From: an uncultured Acidobacteriota bacterium | GTDB taxonomy: Bacteria; Acidobacteriota; UBA6911 | Reading direction: 5' to 3' | Assembly: GCA_963809485.1 (NCBI GenBank) | Contig: CAWEJX010000014.1 | Span: 1 to 64,000, forward strand | DNA length: 64,000 bases | In this document: in pieces, positions 51,001-61,237 of the stretch | Layout of the letters: each line of letters starts with the position of its first letter | How positions within the stretch are numbered: position 1 is the stretch's first letter | The notes under the pieces: generated by a model | The model's database searches: none | Told to the model about the DNA's origin: nothing | Seen by the model: the letters and a program-made list of their open reading frames with translations, nothing else | Program-made: the position numbers and the translations under genes

Positions 51001-51303
51001 CTGCGAGGAAAGGTTCAGCCCTGTCTGTCCGCCCAGGTTGGGAAGCAGGGCATCGGGCCGTTCCTTGGCGATCACTTTTTCCAGCGATTTCACATTCAGC
51101 GGTTCTATGTAGGTGGCGTCCGCCATGCCGGGATCGGTCATGATAGTGGCCGGATTTGAGTTGACGAGCACGATCTTGTAACCGAGCTTTCGCAGCGCCT
51201 TGCAGGCCTGTGTGCCCGAATAGTCAAATTCGCATGCCTGCCCGATAATGATGGGCCCCGATCCTATGATCAAAACTTTGTTTATATCATTGCGCTTGGG
51301 CAC
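48098..51303 (-). pseudogene. carB: Carbamoyl-phosphate synthase large subunit, split by five +1 frameshifts (pseudogene or assembly error)
   Basis: MPKRNDI..GSGPIIIGQACEFDYSG, GGGPNRIGQGIEFDY, MRSTGEV and the MGS domain are spread over consecutive frames. Confidence 0.92.
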
Positions 51304-51341
51304 TAAAACCTCCTGTTAAACTTCCGAGCTGTCCCTTCCCT

Positions 51342-52172
51342 CTATTTGCTGTCCGACGATTTTCGTTTACTGAAATAATCGCCTATTGCCAGAACAAGTG
51401 ATGCCACCGTATTTTGATCGGGCACGATCTCGGCTTGTTTGCCGAATTGCGCCACTGTGCTGCCGGTGACCGGACCGAGAACTGCCACTGTGGAGTCCCG
51501 AAGTATCCTTTTTCCGTCCTCCGGCCCGAGGATATCCATCAAATTCCTTATGCCTGAGGAGCTGGTGAAAACTGCCAGGTCCACCTTACTGCTGCGTGCC
51601 TGCCGGAGGATCCCTTCGTCCGGTTTGGCCCGGACGGTCTCATAGCATGGGATGACATCCACCCGTGCACCCGCCGCGGAAAGCGCAGCCGGCAAGACGT
51701 CCCGTCCTTCCTTTGCGCGCGGCAACAGGATCCGGCAGCCGGACAGGTGTTCGAGCCCTCCATAAAACCTGTCCAAGGACTCGATGACGCCTTCCGCGAC
51801 GAAGTTTTCCGGGATCAATGCGACTTCCAGACCATATTCACGCAGAGCACTCGCCGTCGCGGGTCCCACGGCACAAATCTTCGGCATATCCGGAGAACCC
51901 GTGCGGGCCCCGCGCTTTTCCCAGCGCCGCATAAAAAAACTCACTCCGTAGGAGCTGGTGAAGATGATCCAGGTGTATTTCTCCAGAGAGTTTAGGGCTT
52001 CGTCCAGCTTCCGTTTATCGGGCATTTCCTGAGCCTCGATCAAAGGAAGAGCCAGGACTTTTCCGCCCATTGCCTCCAGGCCGGAAGCCAATTCAACCAT
52101 TTTTTTAGCGCTGCAAGCTACAAGAATCGTCAAATTCCTGAGCGGTTCCGAGGCTGCGGGGCCGGTGGACAT
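51342..52172 (-). CDS. hemD: Uroporphyrinogen-III synthase
   Basis: WIIFTS, AVGPATA, LLPRA..GR, YET, FTSSS; downstream of hemC. Confidence 0.9.
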   Translation of the reverse strand: MSTGPAASEPLRNLTILVACSAKKMVELASGLEAMGGKVLALPLIEAQEMPDKRKLDEALNSLEKYTWIIFTSSYGVSFFMRRWEKRGARTGSPDMPKICAVGPATASALREYGLEVALIPENFVAEGVIESLDRFYGGLEHLSGCRILLPRAKEGRDVLPAALSAAGARVDVIPCYETVRAKPDEGILRQARSSKVDLAVFTSSSGIRNLMDILGPEDGKRILRDSTVAVLGPVTGSTVAQFGKQAEIVPDQNTVASLVLAIGDYFSKRKSSDSK

Positions 52173-52528
52173 ATCATGGCCTCCGATATAGCCGGCGGCG
52201 GGCTCTGAACCCTCGGCGCCTCATGGAGTGTATTCCGGCAAATATCTCTGATCCGGTGGGGATCCATCGGCTCTGCCGGTGAGGCAGTACGAGTCTGATA
52301 AATCCCGGAGCATGCCTTTTCACCGGTGTTTTGACGGAAACCAGGAACATAAGCACCCTTAAATGCTGAATGAATGTCGAAATTCGACATTCTGGGATCG
52401 ATATTCTGCGGTTCAAAAAGGTTTCATGATATCCATGGCGTATCGGACTTCCGCTATATTTCATCGGTCGCGATCCAGCCCTTTAAGGGTCCGGCAGCCA
52501 TTAAGCTTCCGGCTCCGCCCGAGGCCCC

Positions 52529-53440
52529 CTATTCCAAGCTCCTGAGAATATCCCGGCCTCCCCTGGCGAGTATTTCATCGGCGAGATGCAGGGCCGTTTC
52601 GACGGCTGTTTCGCAATTGCCGCGCCGAACGCTTCGCAACACCCTGCTGCCGTCGGGCGAGGCTACCAGCCCATCCATTTCCACAAAGCCGCCTTCCACG
52701 CGCGCATATGCAGCCACCGGGACATTGCATCCCCCGCCCATGCGCTGGAGAAAGGCCCGCTCAGCGGTAACTGCCTGGAATGCAGGCGGGTGGTTCAGGG
52801 CCGCCGCGATGTCGTCCAGCCGAGCGTCATCGTCCCGCGCTTCGACGGCAAGCGCACCCTGACCGGGAGCCGGAAGCATTTCGTTTGTGCTGAATTTTGC
52901 CGCAATCCTGTCTCCCAATCCGAGCCGGTTCAATCCCGCACAGGCCAGAACAATCGCGTCGTAGGCGGCTTCCTGCAATTTTCTCAGACGGGTTTCGATA
53001 TTGCCGCGAATGTCCAGAACCTTCAGGTCGGGGCGCAGAGCGAGGATTTGTGCCTGCCTGCGTATGCTGCCGGTGCCGATACGCGCGCCTGCCGGGAGCT
53101 GAAAAAGGCCGCCGGCGCTACCCGTAATCAAGGCGTCCTGCACCTCTTCGCGCTCCGGTATTGCGGCGATCCGGAGGCCATCGGGGATGCTCGTGGGCAG
53201 GTCCTTCATGCTGTGAACGGCAAGGTCGATTTCTTTTTGCAGCAGCGCCTGCTCGAGTTCTTTGACAAACACGCCCACTGCTGCGCCGGAGCGTATGGAA
53301 GAGGTTGTGTCCTTGTCGGCGGATGTCCGTATTACGTGCACCGAGACCTCGACAGCGGGGAAACGAGCGATAATTTTCTCTCGGACCCAGTTCGTCTGTG
53401 CCAGAGCCAGTGCGCTTCCTCGGCTGCCTATGATCAACAT
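52529..53440 (-). CDS. hemC: Hydroxymethylbilane synthase
   Basis: GSRGSALALAQ, FVKELE, AVHSMKD, RGNIETRL, PAPGQGAL, GGCNVP. Confidence 0.96.
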   Translation of the reverse strand: MLIIGSRGSALALAQTNWVREKIIARFPAVEVSVHVIRTSADKDTTSSIRSGAAVGVFVKELEQALLQKEIDLAVHSMKDLPTSIPDGLRIAAIPEREEVQDALITGSAGGLFQLPAGARIGTGSIRRQAQILALRPDLKVLDIRGNIETRLRKLQEAAYDAIVLACAGLNRLGLGDRIAAKFSTNEMLPAPGQGALAVEARDDDARLDDIAAALNHPPAFQAVTAERAFLQRMGGGCNVPVAAYARVEGGFVEMDGLVASPDGSRVLRSVRRGNCETAVETALHLADEILARGGRDILRSLE

Positions 53441-53609
53441 AAATCCTCGCACTATTATTTCGCAGGCAGCAGGTTACGATGCAGCCTGCAACCCGAAGTT
53501 ATCCTTGACAGTCCGCGCCATATCGCTGCGCTTAGGTGTGAGAACCGCGGGCAAACGCGCCGGGATATCCGTGCGGCTGGCGGCGCCTTTCAGCAGAAAG
53601 CGGAAGGCC

Positions 53610-54887
53610 CTAATCCGTGTTCTGCTTGGTTTTAAAAATCCGTTGGATCATTTCCATGTAGGCTGTTTCGTCCATGGAATCCCTGCTGTTTCGCAATTGC
53701 ATGATTAGGGGATGGGCAATTTTCCCCGCAATGCGCGAAATCATCGACTCGAGTTCCTGGATCTGCCGGGGATCCTGGGGACCGATTTTATTAAGACTGC
53801 GTTGGAGTTCCGTTCGGCAGATCTCATCTATCCGGCTTTGAACCTGCATGACGACGGGCGCAACGTCAAAGGATTTCAGCTTTGTGCAGAAAACTTGCAC
53901 TTCCTGGTCCACGATTTTTTCGGCCGCCGCGGCCGCTTTGATGCGCTCATTGAGATTGGCCTCGACCACTGCCTGAAGATCGTCGATATCATAATAAAAT
54001 ACGTTGTCGATATCCCCCACCCGGGGATCGACATTCCGGGGGACCGATATGTCGATGAAGACCGCCGGCGCGCTTTTGCGCTCGTGCATGATGCGCTGAA
54101 CCATTGGGGGATCGATGATTATGTCCGGCGCTCCCGTGGACGTAATGATGACATCGGCGCGGGATGCCCATTCGGGCAATTCGTCGAAAGGCACTGCCAT
54201 GGCGTGGAAGCGCGCTGCGAGATCTCGGGCGGTTTCCGGGCTGCGGTTGGCAAGGTAAATGCTTTTGGCTCCGGTCTCAGCCAGATACCGGATTGCGGCT
54301 TCGCCCATTTTTCCTGCGCCGACAACCAGTATGCTTTTCTTCTGCGGGTCTCCGAATATTTTCCGAACCAGTTCCACGGCGGCCGAACCGACCGAAACCG
54401 AATATTCCCCGATGCTGGTTTCGGAACGTACACGCTTTGCCGTGCGAAAGGCAGCCTGAAGAAGGCTGTTGAGGTAGCTTCCGACGGTTCCGGCCGCAAC
54501 GGCCGCGCTGTAGCAGGACTTGACCTGACCGAGTATCTGAGGTTCGCCCAGGATCATCGAATCGAGGCTACTGGCGACCCGGAACAGATGGCGGATTGCC
54601 TGATCATCGGTGAAGCGATACAGCCTGGGGCTGAGGAGGGGAAGTGAAATTCCGCTGTACTCCGACAAAAAAGCCTCGATCGATTCGCTTCCGGAGGGCA
54701 GGGGATCGGCATTGGAGAGGATTTCCACCCGGTTGCAGGTTGAAACTATTATTGCTTCGAGGATTCCCGGCCGGTCGGAAAGCCTTTTGAGGCCTTCAGG
54801 CAATTGATCCGCGTTAAAGGAAGCCCGCTGCCGGATATCCAGTTTTGCAGAACGATGATTCAAGCCAACAAGCAGGAGGTTCGACAT
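53610..54887 (-). CDS. hemA: Glutamyl-tRNA reductase
   Basis: GLNH, STCNRVE, SLDSMILGEPQILGQVK, GAGKM, DISVPRN. Confidence 0.96.
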   Translation of the reverse strand: MSNLLLVGLNHRSAKLDIRQRASFNADQLPEGLKRLSDRPGILEAIIVSTCNRVEILSNADPLPSGSESIEAFLSEYSGISLPLLSPRLYRFTDDQAIRHLFRVASSLDSMILGEPQILGQVKSCYSAAVAAGTVGSYLNSLLQAAFRTAKRVRSETSIGEYSVSVGSAAVELVRKIFGDPQKKSILVVGAGKMGEAAIRYLAETGAKSIYLANRSPETARDLAARFHAMAVPFDELPEWASRADVIITSTGAPDIIIDPPMVQRIMHERKSAPAVFIDISVPRNVDPRVGDIDNVFYYDIDDLQAVVEANLNERIKAAAAAEKIVDQEVQVFCTKLKSFDVAPVVMQVQSRIDEICRTELQRSLNKIGPQDPRQIQELESMISRIAGKIAHPLIMQLRNSRDSMDETAYMEMIQRIFKTKQNTD

Positions 54888-54971
54888 CTACAACCTATCA
54901 GGGACTGCATCCCCATTGGCGCAAAACAGGGATGCGAGGCTGCGGCCTCGTAGCCGCGCCGCGTCCGATTC

Positions 54972-55772
54972 CTATAAATATTTATGGAGCCCCCAATTGA
55001 CCCCGAAGGTAAACAATGTGGCGGCAAATCCAATAATGCTGATGTATGCAGCCCGCCTGCCGCGCCATCGGGCCGAAAATCGGCAGTTGATCAAAAACAG
55101 ATAAATCCCCCACGTGATCAGGGCCGCGGTTTCCTTGGGATCCCAGCCCCAAAAGCGGCCCCATTCCTGCTGCGCCCAAACGGCTCCCGAGATGATGGCC
55201 AGCGTCATGGCTATGAAGCCGACAAAAAGCGAGCGTTGGAACAGCTCATCGCATACCTGAAGCGAGGGCAGCCGGAAATATAGGAACCGGAACTTTTTTT
55301 GCTTCAGTTCCTTTTCCTGAATCAGGTAGAGGATGCCCGATATAAATGTAAGAAAGAACGCAGCATAGGAGAGAAAAGCCATGCTCCCATGGAAATAGAC
55401 CCACCCGCTTGCCAGCCCGGGAGGGATGGCGCGGTTTTCCTCCCAAAAAACCTGGAAAAAGATCATGAGCAGCGAAACGAGGGGAAGTATAAATGCACCC
55501 AGCGCGTTCAGTTTGTAGCGGAAATCGGCGGCAATGAAAGTCAGCGAGATGCACCAGGCAAGAAAGCAGAGGGATTCCGGAAGGTTGGTGATGGGGAAGT
55601 GCCAGCGCGCGATGCCGAGCAGGACCAGAAATAAGGTATGAAAGGCAAAGCCGAAGGCAACCATGCCCAGGGCTATTTTTACAAATATTTGCCGCTTTTG
55701 ATAAAATCCGAAAATTGAGTGCAGCAGGCCCAGCGCATAAAGGGCCATCGCAATCGATAGAATCCAACCCAT
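54972..55772 (-). CDS. ccsA: Cytochrome c biogenesis protein CcsA / HemX-like
   Basis: WWD domain SGAVWAQQEWGRFWGWDPKET, conserved His, TM helices; upstream of hemA. Confidence 0.88.
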   Translation of the reverse strand: MGWILSIAMALYALGLLHSIFGFYQKRQIFVKIALGMVAFGFAFHTLFLVLLGIARWHFPITNLPESLCFLAWCISLTFIAADFRYKLNALGAFILPLVSLLMIFFQVFWEENRAIPPGLASGWVYFHGSMAFLSYAAFFLTFISGILYLIQEKELKQKKFRFLYFRLPSLQVCDELFQRSLFVGFIAMTLAIISGAVWAQQEWGRFWGWDPKETAALITWGIYLFLINCRFSARWRGRRAAYISIIGFAATLFTFGVNWGLHKYL

Positions 55773-55880
55773 TTGGTTCGCCCAAGAATTTAAAATTCTA
55801 GCATTTGGGCAAAAGCAGTGGCAAGGCAAATGGCGGAATTGCTGTCGGCGACCGGGGAACGCCGATGAAGACCGACAATC

Positions 55881-56059
55881 AGGCTTGAAAGATTGGAACC
55901 ACTCAAAGCGGTTGGAGGAGTTCCGTTGGTTTTGCCCGCCGACCTTCGTCGAACAAATCGGCGTTTGTCAGCGCTTTTGTCAGCGTATCTCAGCGTTTTA
56001 AAAAATGGAGCTGTCAGACTCTATGAGTCCCCCGGCAGAGCCGGCGGTTTACCAATAGA
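55881..56059 (-). mobile_element. Non-autonomous IS200/IS605-like element, copy F (right hairpin lost)
   Basis: TGAT|TCTATTGGTAAACCGCCGGCTCTGCCGGGGGACTC on the minus strand; stops at CAAGCCT. Confidence 0.8.
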
Positions 56060-56154
56060 ATCAATGGAATTATATGGAGCGTGAAAAGCCTGTGATATAG
56101 TGAATAGTTTAATATTGTCGATGGTTTTTGGGGAACCGGATAGGGAATTTGCCA

Positions 56155-56850
56155 GTGGAACTGCTTCGAAGCTTTGATTTTGGGACTATCGCCATTCAGT
56201 TCGTGGTTTTGCTGTTTTCGCTGAGCATCCACGAGGCAGCCCACGCGTGGACGGCAGACCGTTTCGGCGACTATACGGCCCGCTATCTTGGCCGCGTTAC
56301 GCTCAACCCCATCCCGCATATGGATCCCGTGGGCACTCTCCTATTTCCACTTCTGCAATTTTTCACTCATTTTCCACTGATCGGGTGGGCGAAGCCGGTG
56401 CCGGTGAATCCGGCGCACCTGCGCAATCCGCAGAGGGATCAGATATTTATCTCGCTGGCCGGACCGGCTTCCAACCTTCTGGCAGCCGTGGGCGCTTTCC
56501 TTCTGCTGGTGGTTTTCAAGCTGTCCTGGCCGGAATCGCGCGCATTCATAACCAATATGGCTGTCACCATGAAGATTCCGGGCCAGGAATCTTACATCGC
56601 CCCCATAATGGGAATATTGTTTTTCGCCATGATCATCAATATGGCTCTGGCCCTGTTCAACGTGCTGCCGATTCCGCCTTTGGACGGGCACTGGATCCTT
56701 TACGGACTCCTCCCTGACAGGGCCGCCGCAGCGCTGGCACGCTGGAGCACGTATGGAGTGATCCTTCTTTACGCTTTGATGCTCCTGGGTATCTTTCAGT
56801 TTATTTTCATCCCCACCCTCTGGGCCCGGTATCTGCTGGCTGCGTTATAG
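56155..56850 (+). CDS. Site-2 protease (M50) family protein
   Basis: HEAAH, TLNP..H.DP.G, AGPASN, FNVLPIPPLDG. Confidence 0.95.
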   Translation: MELLRSFDFGTIAIQFVVLLFSLSIHEAAHAWTADRFGDYTARYLGRVTLNPIPHMDPVGTLLFPLLQFFTHFPLIGWAKPVPVNPAHLRNPQRDQIFISLAGPASNLLAAVGAFLLLVVFKLSWPESRAFITNMAVTMKIPGQESYIAPIMGILFFAMIINMALALFNVLPIPPLDGHWILYGLLPDRAAAALARWSTYGVILLYALMLLGIFQFIFIPTLWARYLLAAL

Positions 56851-56862
56851 GTGCTCCTGCTT

Positions 56863-57627
56863 ATGGAAAACGGCGACAATCCAAACCAGGATTTCCAGTC
56901 CACCCTCGAGGGAGCAGGAATAACCATCCAGCTCGAAGCTTTTCAGGGACCGCTCGATTTGCTTCTTCACCTGATCAAGAGGGAAGAAATCGATATCTGG
57001 GACATCCCCATCGCGCATATCACCGAGCAGTACCTGGAATACCTGCGGGTCATGAAGGACCTGAACATCAATGTGGCCGGCGAGTGGCTCATGATGGCCG
57101 CCACCCTGATCCACATAAAATCGCGGATGCTCGTCCCGCAGGAGCCGGGCGAGGATGCGCAGGCGGAGGAAGAAGATCCGAGAAAAGAGCTGGTGTACCA
57201 GCTGCTCGAGCATCAAAAGTTCAAGAATGCGGCGGAAATGCTATACACGCGCGAGGAAGTGGAAAACGCGGTGTGGAATAAGCCTCCTTCGGATGTTCTG
57301 GAAGACGGCAGCGAGGTGGTGGCGGTCACCCTCTTTGACCTTCTGCGGGCTTTCAATGAAGTGGTAAAGCGATTCGAGGCGCAGCAGCTGCTGGAAGTGG
57401 AGCAGGAAGAAGTCACCGTGGAACAGAAAATAGAGGACATACGGAGGCGCTTCCTGGTACACGACAAGATCCTATTTTCCAGCTTTTTCAGGGAAGCGCG
57501 CTCCAAGCGCCACCTGATCGTCATCTTTCTGGCGCTTCTTGAATTGGTGCGCCTGCGTGAAATCTACCTCTATCAGAAAAAAGCCTTTGATGAAATTCAT
57601 ATCAACAAACTGAAGGAACCATCCTGA
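56863..57627 (+). CDS. scpA: Segregation and condensation protein A
   Basis: FQGPLDLLLHLI, MAATLIHIKSRML, FLALLEL. Confidence 0.95.
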   Translation: MENGDNPNQDFQSTLEGAGITIQLEAFQGPLDLLLHLIKREEIDIWDIPIAHITEQYLEYLRVMKDLNINVAGEWLMMAATLIHIKSRMLVPQEPGEDAQAEEEDPRKELVYQLLEHQKFKNAAEMLYTREEVENAVWNKPPSDVLEDGSEVVAVTLFDLLRAFNEVVKRFEAQQLLEVEQEEVTVEQKIEDIRRRFLVHDKILFSSFFREARSKRHLIVIFLALLELVRLREIYLYQKKAFDEIHINKLKEPS

Positions 57628-57631
57628 ACCT

Positions 57632-58171
57632 ATGGAAACGATAGAAATGCAGGCTATCCTGGAAGCCATCATTTACGTTGCGGAAGATCCCGTGAAGCTG
57701 GAGCAGCTCAAAGAGGTCTTCCCCGAAGAGAGCGCCGCCGATATCGAGAACGCCCTCAAGAATCTTGTCGAGAGCTTTAATGCCAGGCCCGGGGGAATGC
57801 TGATACGCGAAGTAGCGGGAGGCTACCGGATGACAACCCGTCCGGAGCACCACGAGCAAATCCGGGCCTATTTAAAAACCAGGCCGGGCGCCAAACTCTC
57901 CATGGCGGCCCTGGAAACCCTGGCCGTAATTGCCTACAAACAGCCCGTAACCCTGGCCGAGATTCTGGCTATCCGGGGCAAGAAATCAAGCACGGCGCTT
58001 CAGACTCTGCTGGAGAGGAAAATGGTAGCCATCGTCGGCCGCAAACCCGTTGTAGGCCGGCCGATACTGTACGGGACATCAAAGGAATTCCTGATACACT
58101 TCGGCCTGAACAGTCTTGCCGATTTGCCCACACTGGAGGAGTTTGCTCAAATCGCCGGCGAGCAGCTGTAA
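57632..58171 (+). CDS. scpB: Segregation and condensation protein B
   Basis: LSMAALETLAVIAYKQPVT, GRPILYGT..FL..FGL..L.DLP. Confidence 0.96.
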   Translation: METIEMQAILEAIIYVAEDPVKLEQLKEVFPEESAADIENALKNLVESFNARPGGMLIREVAGGYRMTTRPEHHEQIRAYLKTRPGAKLSMAALETLAVIAYKQPVTLAEILAIRGKKSSTALQTLLERKMVAIVGRKPVVGRPILYGTSKEFLIHFGLNSLADLPTLEEFAQIAGEQL

Positions 58172-58177
58172 GTCGGT

Positions 58178-58945
58178 ATGGACAACGAGGAACGTCTGCA
58201 GAAAATAATCTCAGCCGCCGGTTTGACTTCGCGGCGAAAGGCTGAACTGCTCATCCGGGAGGGCAGGGTCACGGTCAACGGGCAGGTAATTACCCAGCTG
58301 GGAACCAAGGCCGATCCCCAAAGAGACCACATCAAGGTGGATGGGAAGCTGGTCCGCACAGGCGCAAAAAAAATTTATATTCTCCTCAACAAACCGAAAC
58401 AGGTTATCGCTTCCGTCGCAGACCCCCAGGGTCGGACAAAAGTTGTCGACCTCGTGGATGTGAAGGAAAAGATTTATCCCGTCGGCCGGCTCGACTACAA
58501 CACCGAAGGATTGATTCTGCTGACCAATGACGGCGAGTTTTCAAGGATCGTGACGGCCGCCGGTGAACACATGCCTAAAATATATGATGTCAAGGTTCGG
58601 TCTTCGGCGGAAGAAAGCGAGCTGAACCGGCTGCGCGAGGGTATCCGTCTGAAGAAGGGACTCAGGCTGGCGCCCTGCAAAATCACTCCGGTTAAGGAAG
58701 GAGCCAACAGCTGGTACCGCGTAACCCTCACGCAGGGGAAAAACCGTCAGATCCGGGAGATGTTCGAGTCAATCGGGCATCCCGTCCTGAAACTCCGGCG
58801 CACACAAATAGGGTTCCTGAAAGACAGGGGCATGGCCGTGGGTTCGTACCGATTCCTCACGCCGGGGGAAGTTGAACGGATATTGCGGCTGCCGGTGCGA
58901 CGGCCGTCGTCCGGATCGCGCCAGCCTGTTGACAACGCTTTTTGA
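58178..58945 (+). CDS. rluB: 23S rRNA pseudouridine synthase (RluB/RsuA family)
   Basis: S4 domain ERLQK..SRRKAE, PVGRLDYNTEG, GKNRQIR; follows scpAB. Confidence 0.88.
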   Translation: MDNEERLQKIISAAGLTSRRKAELLIREGRVTVNGQVITQLGTKADPQRDHIKVDGKLVRTGAKKIYILLNKPKQVIASVADPQGRTKVVDLVDVKEKIYPVGRLDYNTEGLILLTNDGEFSRIVTAAGEHMPKIYDVKVRSSAEESELNRLREGIRLKKGLRLAPCKITPVKEGANSWYRVTLTQGKNRQIREMFESIGHPVLKLRRTQIGFLKDRGMAVGSYRFLTPGEVERILRLPVRRPSSGSRQPVDNAF

Positions 58946-59003
58946 AACTTCCCCGAATGGCTTATGTCGGGTAACATTTGCCTCAGAAGAGCAGGAGCAA
59001 AAC

Positions 59004-59657
59004 ATGTTCACAGGCATAATCGAAGAGACAGGCATAATCCGGGAATTGCGGATCCTGCCGGCTGGAGCCTTCATCACTTTATCTGCCCAAAAGGTTCCGA
59101 CCGGCCTCGCCATCGGCGACTCCGTTTCGGCAAACGGAGTTTGCCTGACCGCTACGCGCGTCAGCCCGGATTCATTCTCCTGCGATATTTCAGCGGAAAC
59201 GATCCGAGTCAGCAGCTTTCAGCAAGCCCGGCCGGGCATCCGGGTGAATCTGGAGCGTTCTTTGAGGGTAGGAGACCGCCTGGGGGGACATTTCGTGTTG
59301 GGGCATGTGGACGGTTTGGGAAAGATGCTGGCCCAAAAAGCAAGCGGTGAGGGATATGAGATGTATTTCGAGTTTCCCCAGTCCATGGAACGATACCTGG
59401 TCTACAAGGGATCCATCGCGGTCGACGGCATCAGCTTAACCATAGCCTCGCTGAGCAAGACTTCATTCTCCGTTGCCGTGATCCCGCACACCTTCGAATC
59501 CACGAACCTGCGGCATTTGAAAGCCGGGGACGCTGTGAATCTTGAAGCGGATGTTTTGGGCAAGTACATCGAGCGGTTTTTCCAGCTGGGCCTGATTCCG
59601 GGTGAAAAGCCTGCCGTCAAATTGACCGAGGAATATCTCAAAAGCCAGGGTTTTTAG
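59004..59657 (+). CDS. ribE: Riboflavin synthase (alpha chain)
   Basis: MFTGIIEE, NGVCLT, VNLER, GGHFVLGHVD, KGSIAVDGISLT. Confidence 0.96.
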   Translation: MFTGIIEETGIIRELRILPAGAFITLSAQKVPTGLAIGDSVSANGVCLTATRVSPDSFSCDISAETIRVSSFQQARPGIRVNLERSLRVGDRLGGHFVLGHVDGLGKMLAQKASGEGYEMYFEFPQSMERYLVYKGSIAVDGISLTIASLSKTSFSVAVIPHTFESTNLRHLKAGDAVNLEADVLGKYIERFFQLGLIPGEKPAVKLTEEYLKSQGF

Positions 59658-59658
59658 C

Positions 59659-60309
59659 ATGCGCCCTCAGATGCCGGTTTTGGTGTTCGCGATTGCCGCC
59701 ATTCTCCTTGCTTCATCACTGCCCACTTCGGCAATCCATGAGAATCCGGTGCCGGCTTTCGGGCGGGATACGGTCCTGGTCTGGAAAATTCAAAGTCAGG
59801 ATTTCGTTTACAGTTTTGTCGTTCGAATCGCGGAGTTTTCACCCAACCGTTTCGTGGAATGGGAGGACGAGAAAACGCAAGGGACAATATACATGCCCTC
59901 ACGCGATATCCAGGGAGCCAAAGGCTACATCAGCAGCAACCTGTTTGAATCCGGCATGGACACGAAAGGGAGGAACGCCACCACTTTGTGGCTGAGCCGG
60001 CAGATTTTTCGCGACTTGAAGGAAAAAAAGAAAATCAAAATCGATCTCGACGGCGTGAGGAGCGCAGCGGAATACAAGGGCGATGACTCCCTCACCGTGG
60101 AGGTGAACCGTTCTCCTTCGTCCTTGCCCGTGATTAAAGTCCTGGATGATCGCGGATCGGAACGGTGGTTTTTGGATCAGGAGGAAAATCCCCTGATGAT
60201 AAAACACACAATCCGGCACTTCACTCAAACCCTGGCCAGCATCACCACGGACCGGCCGAACACCCTTCGCTGGATCAAAGGCAGCAAGCTTTCCAATCCC
60301 AACCACTAA
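59659..60309 (+). CDS. Hypothetical secreted protein
   Basis: 216 aa ORF with signal peptide starting 1 nt after ribE. Confidence 0.7.
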   Translation: MRPQMPVLVFAIAAILLASSLPTSAIHENPVPAFGRDTVLVWKIQSQDFVYSFVVRIAEFSPNRFVEWEDEKTQGTIYMPSRDIQGAKGYISSNLFESGMDTKGRNATTLWLSRQIFRDLKEKKKIKIDLDGVRSAAEYKGDDSLTVEVNRSPSSLPVIKVLDDRGSERWFLDQEENPLMIKHTIRHFTQTLASITTDRPNTLRWIKGSKLSNPNH

Positions 60310-60463
60310 ATAGGGCCGTAATCCTGCGGCTTCTTCGAGGGGCTGGAGGAGTTCCACATCTCAGAGATCCGGTAACGCCGACGAACGCTGATTATGGGAG
60401 TGAAAGCCGGCATTGGTCAGCGCCTAATCCAATGCCGCATCCTACGGTTCTGCCGGTGGCTGC

Positions 60464-61168
60464 TTACTCATCAGGCAGGCGGGATGCGATGGCCGCACGT
60501 GTTAGCTGGACAAGTTTTTCCCGGTCTTCCAGGGTCATTCCGGCAGTGGGTATGGGATCATGAAAAATCACGCGGATAAGACCGGGGCGAATGGAGTATT
60601 TAGCGGGAGGCTGGATTGCGGCGCTGCCCAGAATGGTCACAGGCATCACGGGGGCCTGGGCTTGGATGGCCATGACGAAGACGCCCTTCTTAAATTCCCC
60701 CAAACGTCCATCCCGGCTTCGGGTGCCCTCGGGAAAGGCAACGAATGAATGGCCTTGCGCCAGCAACCGGGCTCCCGCCTCGATTCCGGCATGCGCCTTT
60801 TTGGGATTCGACCGCTCGATGGGAACGAACTGAACACGCTTCAGGACAAGGGAAAGAACCGGCAGCTGCATCATTTCCTTTTTGATTAAGGCTTTCCAGT
60901 CGCGCGGGATGGCATGGCACAGCACCGGGCCGTCAAAATTACCCTGATGATTGGAAAGAAAGACATAGTTGAAGTCCGGTGCAATCTTTTCCCGCCCTTC
61001 CAGCTCAACCCGGACACCGCACATCCATCCTGCCGCCCGGATGCAGGAACGGGCGAGGATGTAAAGCAGCCGGGTATCCTTCGCAGCCAGGCTCCACAAA
61101 AGGGCGCCGGGCGCCAGCAGCAGGATATAGACAGCGACAAACATATATACGAGCGATGCTCGAATCAT
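60464..61168 (-). CDS. plsC: 1-acyl-sn-glycerol-3-phosphate acyltransferase
   Basis: NHQGNFD, FPEGTRS, FKKG. Confidence 0.92.
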   Translation of the reverse strand: MIRASLVYMFVAVYILLLAPGALLWSLAAKDTRLLYILARSCIRAAGWMCGVRVELEGREKIAPDFNYVFLSNHQGNFDGPVLCHAIPRDWKALIKKEMMQLPVLSLVLKRVQFVPIERSNPKKAHAGIEAGARLLAQGHSFVAFPEGTRSRDGRLGEFKKGVFVMAIQAQAPVMPVTILGSAAIQPPAKYSIRPGLIRVIFHDPIPTAGMTLEDREKLVQLTRAAIASRLPDE

Positions 61169-61237
61169 GGCAGTTTCCGCGCAAAGCAAGGTCCCGATTG
61201 TACTTCAATTCCGGAATTATTGCGTCCCCGGCACCAA

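Noticed and set aside
58945-59003. FMN riboswitch upstream of ribE
   Set aside because: The gap is only about 58 nt and contains no RFN consensus.
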